DNA of 64,000 bases. It comes from Synechococcus sp. (GTDB lineage Bacteria > Cyanobacteriota > Cyanobacteriia > PCC-6307 > Cyanobiaceae). Within the stretch, counting starts at the first letter, position 1; every line of letters begins with the position of its first letter. A model generated the notes under the pieces. It had not been told where the DNA came from. It worked only from the letters and a program-made list of their open reading frames with translations, and made no database searches. Made by a program: the position numbers and the translations under genes. The DNA lies in contig JBJBEO010000001.1 in assembly GCA_047284725.1 (NCBI GenBank), positions 1,688,203 to 1,752,202 of the forward strand, read 5' to 3'. Below are positions 57,142-64,000 of the stretch, in pieces.

Positions 57142-58199
57142 CGCTCTGGCTGATCCGGGCGGGTTCCCATGGGGAACACGAACAGAAGTTTCTCGATGAA
57201 GGCCGTGTGTACGTCTGTTGGGACGGGCTTGATGTTGATCTCAGCAGCTTGAGTGAGCGGCAGAGCCTGATTGATCAGCTCGCCACGCGGTTTCCCGATG
57301 AGAAACCGAAGGCCTGGATGAACTGGTCATCGCAGATCTGGCCCTTCGCCCATGGGATGCAACCCGGCGACTGGGTGGTGATGCCATCGAAGCTGCAATC
57401 AGGGATTTACTTCGGAGAACTACAAAGCGACTACCACTACGAAGCCAGTGGCCCCGATCCCTACTTCCATTGGCGCTCGATCAACTGGTTCAGTGGCCTT
57501 GTGCCCCGAAGCACCTTCCCTCAAGACCTGCTGTATTCCTTCGGGGCGTTCATGACGATCTGCAGGATTCAGCGCAATGACGCAGAAGCGAGAACGAAAG
57601 CGATTGCATCTGTTGGCTGGAAGCCCGAGACCTTGGCGTCAGCAATCGCCGGATCACCAACATTCACAGCAACCACTAATGACTCGGCCACTGACGCTGA
57701 TGAAGGGAGCAACGTCGACCTAGAAGAACTGGCCGGCGATCAAATTGAGCGGCTGATCCAAGCCAAGTTCAAAGGCCACCGTTTAGCCGTGCTGGTGGAA
57801 GCCATCCTTCAAGCCGAGGGCTACACCACCTACCGCAGCCCTGAAGGGCCGGATGGCGGAGCCGACATCTTGGCCGCCCATGGCGAACTGGGGTTTGGCA
57901 ATCCCTCCATCTGCGTGGAGGTGAAATCCGGAGACACCCCTGCTGATCGGCCCATGGTGGACAAATTGATCGGGGCCGGGCAGAAATTCAGTGCCCAAAC
58001 CTGTTTGTTCGTGAGCTGGGCTGGCTTCCGCAGCAACGTGCAAAAGGAATTGGCTCGGGACTTCTTCAAGGTGCGCCTCTGGAGCCGGAAGGAATTGCTC
58101 GAGAAGCTGTTTCGCTATTACGACACCTTCCCAGAAGACATCCGGCTCGCTCTTCCCCTGAAGAAAGTCTGGATGGTGGCGGGTGATGCAGAGGAATGA
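57138..58199 (+). CDS. Mrr-type restriction endonuclease
   Basis: LWLIRAG.HGE.E N-terminal domain; GPDGGADI...VEVK catalytic motif. Confidence 0.88.
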   Translation: MTLWLIRAGSHGEHEQKFLDEGRVYVCWDGLDVDLSSLSERQSLIDQLATRFPDEKPKAWMNWSSQIWPFAHGMQPGDWVVMPSKLQSGIYFGELQSDYHYEASGPDPYFHWRSINWFSGLVPRSTFPQDLLYSFGAFMTICRIQRNDAEARTKAIASVGWKPETLASAIAGSPTFTATTNDSATDADEGSNVDLEELAGDQIERLIQAKFKGHRLAVLVEAILQAEGYTTYRSPEGPDGGADILAAHGELGFGNPSICVEVKSGDTPADRPMVDKLIGAGQKFSAQTCLFVSWAGFRSNVQKELARDFFKVRLWSRKELLEKLFRYYDTFPEDIRLALPLKKVWMVAGDAEE

Positions 58200-58435
58200 T
58201 TTGTCCCTCAGTTGAGAGAAGCCCAAAGCGCTCGATCTCCCTCATTCCAGGGATGCCAGCTGCCAAAGAAACGCAGAAAATGAACCCATCGGCCTAACGG
58301 CCCCAACGCCAGCCATGCCCTTAAAAGCCTCCTGCCAACAAACCTGCCTCGTAATCCGCAGCCGCGTTGGAGCCATGGCAGTGGCATGCGCGGCTCAAGC
58401 CACACGCTCATTCAGGGGATGGAGGGAGCCCTGAG

Positions 58436-61400
58436 ATGGACAGCAACTTCACTCATATCGCCGAATACGACAAAACTCTCTTCCGCTTAAGCAGCAATGC
58501 GGAGCGCTATTTCCCCGGCGACCCCAACACGGCGCTGATCAAGCTTCGGCAATTTGGTGAGCTGTTGGCCCAGCAAGTGGCTTCACGCTTTGGGCTCTAC
58601 ACGGGCAGCGAGGAAACCCAACTCGAGCTGTTGCGCCGTTTGGAGAGCAATGGCGATCTAGAACGCGATGTGGCCGAGCTGTTCCACAACCTGCGTAAGG
58701 CAGGTAATGCCGCCACCCATCGCCTCGAAGGCGACCACAGCACGGCACTGCAAAGCCTCAAGGTTGCTTGGCAACTCAGCCTTTGGTTTCACCGCACCTT
58801 CGGCCGAGACCCGAATTACCGCAGTGGCCCTTTTCAGCCCCCACAGCCTCCTGAGGCACAGCCATCGTCAGGGGATGAAGCACTCAGGCAAGAACTGAAA
58901 GCCCTGAAGCAGGGCTACGAACAAGCGCAAGCCAATGAAGCGGCCCTGATTGAGGCACTGCAAAAGCAAGCCCAGGAGCTGACTGCATCCTTGAGCCTGC
59001 AGCAGGAGTGGGAAAACCTCGCAGAAGAAAGCGAAGCCGAAAAAGCCCAACTCGCTGAGAGCCTGTCTGCCCTGCAGATTGCGGCGAGCCAACAACCACC
59101 GATTGCTCGCAAGCAGCTCAAGCAGGCCGCCAAACAGGCCACGAGCCTCATCCAGCTCGACGAGGCTGCCACCCGAAAGCTCATCGATGCGCAACTGCGT
59201 GATGCCGGTTGGGAGTGCGACACCAAGCTGCTCACTTATGCCAAGGGCACCAGGCCAGAAGCCAACTGCAACAAGGCGATTGCTGAATGGCCCTGCAAAG
59301 GGGGCTATGCGGACTACGTGCTGTTTTTGGGGCTCACCCCAATCGCCGCCGTTGAGGCCAAACGAGCCAACAAAGATGTGGCGGGAGTGCTCCCGCAAGC
59401 CGAGCGCTACTGCGAGACCTATGTGCCCGATGACCAAGGCAACGCGGCAGCCACCGCCGACATGGGCGGACCCTTTCCAATTCCTTTTGCCTTCTCCTCC
59501 AATGGGCGCCCCTATCTGCCGCAGTTAAAAACCAAGAGCGGCATTTGGTTTCGCGACACACGCAAAGACACCAACCTCCCTAAACCTCTGGATGGCTGGT
59601 ACAGCCCAGAAGGCCTCAAACAACTGGCCCGCCAAGACAGCCAACAAGCCCATGCGCAGCTGAAACGGGAAACCTTCAACTACGGCTTCCCGATGCGCCC
59701 CTATCAACGCCAAGCGATCGAAAGCACGGAAGCTGCGATCGAAGCCGGCAAGCAGCAAGTGCTGTTGGCCATGGCAACGGGCACTGGCAAAACCAAAACC
59801 TGCATTGCCCTGATTTACCGCCTGCTCAAAACCAATCGCTTCAGGCGGGTGTTGTTCTTGGTGGATCGCTCTGAGCTGGGCAAGCAGGCTGCCGACGCGT
59901 TCAAAGAAACGCGCATGGAAAGCCTGCAACACTTCGCCGACATCTACGGCATCAAGGAGCTGAAAGAGAAAGAGGTGGAAAGTGATACGCGCGTGCACAT
60001 CGCGACGGTGCAAGCGATGGTGCAGCGGTTGATGCTGGGCCACGACGAAGAAAAGCCCAGCGTCGACACCTATGACCTAATCGTGATCGACGAGTGCCAC
60101 CGCGGTTACCTGCTGGATAGGGAGCTCAGTGAACGGGAATTGGGCTTCCGCGATTTCAATGACTACGTCTCCAAATACCGCCGTGTCATCGAGTACTTCG
60201 ATGCTGTGAGAGTGGGACTTACGGCAACGCCAGCACTCCACACGGTCGACATTTTTGGTGAGCCAGCCTTCGTTTACAGCTACCGAGAGGCTGTAGTCGA
60301 TGGGTTCTTGGTTGACCACGAACCACCGACCCTGATCAAAACCGACCTCTCCAGCGACGGGATTCATTTCGCTGCTGGTGATGAGGTGAAGGTGTTTGAT
60401 CCGAGCTCCACTGGGGTGGATCGCTTCAACACCCCTGACGCCCTCGACTTCGAAGTGGAGAGCTTCAACCGCAAGGTGATCACCGAGCCATTCAACCGTG
60501 CCGTCTGCCAGTTTTTGGCAACCGAGTTGGACCCGCAGTCACCACAGAAAACCCTGATTTTCTGTGCGACCGATGCCCATGCCGACATGGTGGTGACGCT
60601 CTTGAAAGAAGCGCTTGAGGAGCAGTACGGCAGCGTCTCCAACGACGCGGTGGCCAAGATCACAGGAGCGAGCGACAAACCTGCTGATCTGATTCGCCAC
60701 TACAAGAACGAAGCCTTCCCCAACATCGCCGTCACGGTCGATCTGCTGAGTACAGGCGTTGATGTGCCGGCAATCTGCAACATCGTGTTCCTGCGGCGGA
60801 TGAACAGCCGCATCCTTTACGACCAAATGATCGGCCGCGGCACCCGGCTGTGCGACGCGATCAACAAGACCCACTTCCGCATTTTTGATGCCGTGGGCAT
60901 CTACGAAGCACTCAAAGATTTCAGCGACATGAAGCCGGTGGTGGCGGACCCGAAGATCAGCATCAGCCAGCTGCTGGAGGAGTTCAGCCAAGAGCATGAA
61001 CCCAGCACCTTGGAGCTGATCCGCGATCAGCTGGTGGCCAAGGTTCGCCGCAAGGTCCGCAGGCTCAGCGAAGACCAAGGCGATCAGGTGCAGCAAGTGA
61101 CAGGGGTGCAGCCACTGGATTTCGTGGGGCGGCTGCTGTCGTTACCTGTGGAAGAGGCCAGCCGTTGGGTGCAACGCATGCCACGCCTGGCCGAGGTGCT
61201 GGATGCACCCACGGGCCATGGCAGTAATCCCCAGGTGATCTCCGACCATCCCGATCACTTGCGCTCCACAGAGCACGGCTACGGCAAGGGTCAAAAGCCG
61301 GAGGACTACCTCGAAGCCTTCACGGCGTTCATCAAGCAGGGCGGTAATGAACTTCCAGCGCTCAATCTGGTGCTGCAAAAACCCTGGGAACTCACCCGCT

Positions 61401-61804
61401 CCGACTTGAAAGAACTGCGGATTGCCCTCGATGCCGAGGGCTACAACGAAGCAAGCCTGCGCACGGCCTGGCGTGACACCACCAACCAAGAGCTGGTGGC
61501 GTCGATCATGGGGCACATCCGCCGAGCAGCCTTCGGTGATGCCCTCGTTCCTTATTCAGAGCGGGTGGACAAGGCTTTGCTGCGCATCTTGGCCTCACGC
61601 AGCTGGACCAGTCCGCAACGGCAATGGCTGCAACGGATCGCCAGCCAGACCAAGTCGATCACGATCGTGGATCGAGCGGCCATCGACGATCAGGGCTTGG
61701 TGTTTCGAAAAGAAGGGGGCGGTTGGCCCAGGCTGAACAAGGTGTTCAATGAGGAGCTTGGCGAGGTGCTGGAGCTGTTCCAGCGCGAGGTCTGGGCGGC
61801 CTAA
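58436..61804 (+). CDS. hsdR: type I restriction enzyme subunit R
   Basis: ADY..VEAK nuclease, MATGTGKT, DECH, GLTATP, QMIGRGTRL. Confidence 0.96.
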   Translation: MDSNFTHIAEYDKTLFRLSSNAERYFPGDPNTALIKLRQFGELLAQQVASRFGLYTGSEETQLELLRRLESNGDLERDVAELFHNLRKAGNAATHRLEGDHSTALQSLKVAWQLSLWFHRTFGRDPNYRSGPFQPPQPPEAQPSSGDEALRQELKALKQGYEQAQANEAALIEALQKQAQELTASLSLQQEWENLAEESEAEKAQLAESLSALQIAASQQPPIARKQLKQAAKQATSLIQLDEAATRKLIDAQLRDAGWECDTKLLTYAKGTRPEANCNKAIAEWPCKGGYADYVLFLGLTPIAAVEAKRANKDVAGVLPQAERYCETYVPDDQGNAAATADMGGPFPIPFAFSSNGRPYLPQLKTKSGIWFRDTRKDTNLPKPLDGWYSPEGLKQLARQDSQQAHAQLKRETFNYGFPMRPYQRQAIESTEAAIEAGKQQVLLAMATGTGKTKTCIALIYRLLKTNRFRRVLFLVDRSELGKQAADAFKETRMESLQHFADIYGIKELKEKEVESDTRVHIATVQAMVQRLMLGHDEEKPSVDTYDLIVIDECHRGYLLDRELSERELGFRDFNDYVSKYRRVIEYFDAVRVGLTATPALHTVDIFGEPAFVYSYREAVVDGFLVDHEPPTLIKTDLSSDGIHFAAGDEVKVFDPSSTGVDRFNTPDALDFEVESFNRKVITEPFNRAVCQFLATELDPQSPQKTLIFCATDAHADMVVTLLKEALEEQYGSVSNDAVAKITGASDKPADLIRHYKNEAFPNIAVTVDLLSTGVDVPAICNIVFLRRMNSRILYDQMIGRGTRLCDAINKTHFRIFDAVGIYEALKDFSDMKPVVADPKISISQLLEEFSQEHEPSTLELIRDQLVAKVRRKVRRLSEDQGDQVQQVTGVQPLDFVGRLLSLPVEEASRWVQRMPRLAEVLDAPTGHGSNPQVISDHPDHLRSTEHGYGKGQKPEDYLEAFTAFIKQGGNELPALNLVLQKPWELTRSDLKELRIALDAEGYNEASLRTAWRDTTNQELVASIMGHIRRAAFGDALVPYSERVDKALLRILASRSWTSPQRQWLQRIASQTKSITIVDRAAIDDQGLVFRKEGGGWPRLNKVFNEELGEVLELFQREVWAA

Positions 61805-61834
61805 TCGATTTGAAGGAGAGATGAGCAAGCAACC

Positions 61835-63274
61835 ATGAGCGGCCAATCCACCACTGACATCGTTTCCAAGCTGTGGAACCTCTGCAACGTCCTGAAGGAC
61901 GACGGGGTCACCTATCACCAGTACGTCTCTGAGCTGACGTATCTGCTGTTTTTGAAGATGGCCAAGGAAACCGGCACGGAGACCGGGATTCCTGAGGAGT
62001 GGCGTTGGGATGAGCTTGAGCGGCTCAAGGGCCTCAAGCAGCTGGAGCACTACAAGCTGCTGCTGCTGGAACTTGGCAGCTCAGAGAGCGGCGCTTCGTC
62101 GTTGGTGCAGGAGATCTATGCCAACGCCAACTCGTTCGTGAAAAAGCCCGTCACGCTGAACAAGCTGGTGGAGGAAATCGACAAGCTCGATTGGTACAGC
62201 GCCAAAGAAGAGGGGTTGGGTGACCTCTACGAGGGGCTGCTGCAAAAGAACGCAGAAGAGAAGAAGTCAGGTGCAGGGCAGTACTTCACCCCACGGCCAC
62301 TGATCGATTCGATGGTGGCGGTGATGCAGCCCCAACTGGGGGATGTGATCCAAGACCCCGCTGCTGGCACCGGTGGTTTTTTGATTGCCGCGCGCAGCTG
62401 GATCGCTGAGCACCAAGACATCTATTCCCTGACTGAGGCCGAGCAACAACGCTTCTACCGGCGCACCTTCTACGGAATGGAGCACGTGCAAGACACGCAC
62501 CGCTTGGCGTTGATGAACCTGATGCTGCATGGGCTTGATTCCGCCAGCGGCGAAGGGGGCATCCGCTACGGCGACACGATGAGCAGTGATGGCGAAGGGC
62601 TGCCCAGGGCCAGCTTGATGCTGACCAACCCACCGTTTGGAACGAAAAAAGGGGGTGGACTGCCCAGCCGCACCGACTTCACTTTCCCCACCGCCAACAA
62701 GCAGTTCTGCTTCCTGCAGCACATCTACCGGGGCCTTCAACCGGGCGGACGCGCTGCTGTGGTGCTGCCTGACAACGTGTTGTTTGAAGGCAACGTGGGC
62801 CGGCAGATCAGGGAAGACCTGATGGCCAAGTGTGATCTGCACACGATCCTGCGACTGCCCACGGGCATCTTCTACGCGCAGGGCGTAAAGACCAATGTGC
62901 TGTTCTTCACCCGAGGCCAACACGATCAAGGCAACACCGATCAGGTGTGGGTCTATGACCTGCGGGCCAACATGCCTAAGTTCGGCAAGCGCACCCCACT
63001 CACTCGTAGCCACTTCAGCGAGTTTGAAGCGGCCTACGGCTCTGATCCCTACGGCAAGGCAGAGCGAACAGCAACCGGACCAGAAGGGCGTTGGCAATGC
63101 TTCAGCCGCGATGAGATTGCTGCCCGCGACTTCAGCTTGGATCTGGCTTGGCTTCGGGATGAGTCAGGGGATGACGCAGAGGATCTACCGGAGCCTGAAG
63201 TTCTCGCCCAAGAGGCAATGGATGAGCTTGAGAGCGCATTGAGTGATTTAAGAGAGCTAATCAACCAGCTATGA
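61835..63274 (+). CDS. hsdM: type I RM N6-adenine methyltransferase subunit M
   Basis: GQYFTPR, DPAAGTGGF, NPPF. Confidence 0.96.
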   Translation: MSGQSTTDIVSKLWNLCNVLKDDGVTYHQYVSELTYLLFLKMAKETGTETGIPEEWRWDELERLKGLKQLEHYKLLLLELGSSESGASSLVQEIYANANSFVKKPVTLNKLVEEIDKLDWYSAKEEGLGDLYEGLLQKNAEEKKSGAGQYFTPRPLIDSMVAVMQPQLGDVIQDPAAGTGGFLIAARSWIAEHQDIYSLTEAEQQRFYRRTFYGMEHVQDTHRLALMNLMLHGLDSASGEGGIRYGDTMSSDGEGLPRASLMLTNPPFGTKKGGGLPSRTDFTFPTANKQFCFLQHIYRGLQPGGRAAVVLPDNVLFEGNVGRQIREDLMAKCDLHTILRLPTGIFYAQGVKTNVLFFTRGQHDQGNTDQVWVYDLRANMPKFGKRTPLTRSHFSEFEAAYGSDPYGKAERTATGPEGRWQCFSRDEIAARDFSLDLAWLRDESGDDAEDLPEPEVLAQEAMDELESALSDLRELINQL

Positions 63275-64000
63275 ATACACTTGAGGACACTAGCAACCAG
63301 GAAAGAACATCACTACCAGGCGGGTGGGAAACAGTCCCACTTTTAGAGCTTGGAGACCTAATCAGAGGTGTTACATACAAGAAACAGGATGCATCAATAG
63401 AGCCATTCACTGACTCAATTCCAATCCTGCGAGCGAACAACATCCAGAATGGCAACTTAGACCAAGAAGAGCTTGTCCACATCCCCCGGAACCTAGTTTT
63501 AGATATCCAATTGATAACCAAAGGGGATATCCTCATAGCAACATCTAGCGGAAGCATAAGCGTCGTAGGCAAAGCCGCACGGGCCCAAAACGATACGAAT
63601 ACAGCATTTGGTGCATTTTGCGGCTTGATAAGACCAAGACCTGAAATCAGCTCGAGATACCTGGGCCACTACTTCGGCTCGCAAGGCTATCGCCAGAGGG
63701 CTTCGGCGATGGCAAGGGGCGTCAATATAAACAATCTCAAGAAGGCACATTTTGAGTCACTTAGCGTCAATCTCCCTCCACTCAACGAGCAACGCCGCAT
63801 CGCCGACAAGCTCGACACCACCCTTACCGCAGTTGAAGCCTGCAAGCAAAAGCTCAACAACGCCGCCGAAACGATCCAGCGATTCCGCCAATCCGTACTG
63901 GCAGCAGCCGTTTCTGGCGGGCTAACGAAGAATCAAAATCAGTTCACCGAGAAACAGATTTCAGATGTGTGCACTGTAGTCAGAGGTGCATCACCAAGGC
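63271..64000 (+). CDS. hsdS: type I RM specificity subunit S (partial, runs off the window)
   Basis: LPGGWETV, RGVTY, PPLNEQRRIADKLD, FRQSVLAAAVSG.LT; ATGA overlap with hsdM. Confidence 0.93.
   Translation, partial: MNTLEDTSNQERTSLPGGWETVPLLELGDLIRGVTYKKQDASIEPFTDSIPILRANNIQNGNLDQEELVHIPRNLVLDIQLITKGDILIATSSGSISVVGKAARAQNDTNTAFGAFCGLIRPRPEISSRYLGHYFGSQGYRQRASAMARGVNINNLKKAHFESLSVNLPPLNEQRRIADKLDTTLTAVEACKQKLNNAAETIQRFRQSVLAAAVSGGLTKNQNQFTEKQISDVCTVVRGASPR

Overview
High-GC marine picocyanobacterial (Synechococcus-like) chromosome segment; the organism is inferred from gene content and order. 1-20 kb is core housekeeping DNA (ppa, proS, psb27, purA, cutA, cobK, ssb, argB, priA, sigA, hemC, a second ppa). 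About 20-50.5 kb is a variable region of small proteins, paralogous mini-gene families, sodC, an mrp antiporter operon, Nif11-like genes and several RNA-like elements. About 51-64 kb is a defence-type island: a TM-WYL-like/DEDDh/BRCT-like protein, an HD hydrolase, an intact Phd-VapC pair, decayed MNT-HEPN and HicBA modules, an internally deleted RecB-like nuclease/helicase, an Mrr-type nuclease and a type I RM operon cut by the window end. The most striking unexplained signal is a ~800-nt hairpin-rich stretch with no convincing ORF (31650-32460, minus strand). It has a diverged second copy at 42245-42690 (plus strand) and sits in an alternating array with two other structured non-coding blocks and two Nif11-like genes that lack a normal core peptide. 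No tRNA, rRNA, integrase or CRISPR array was seen. All calls are by eye; no searches or folding programs were run.
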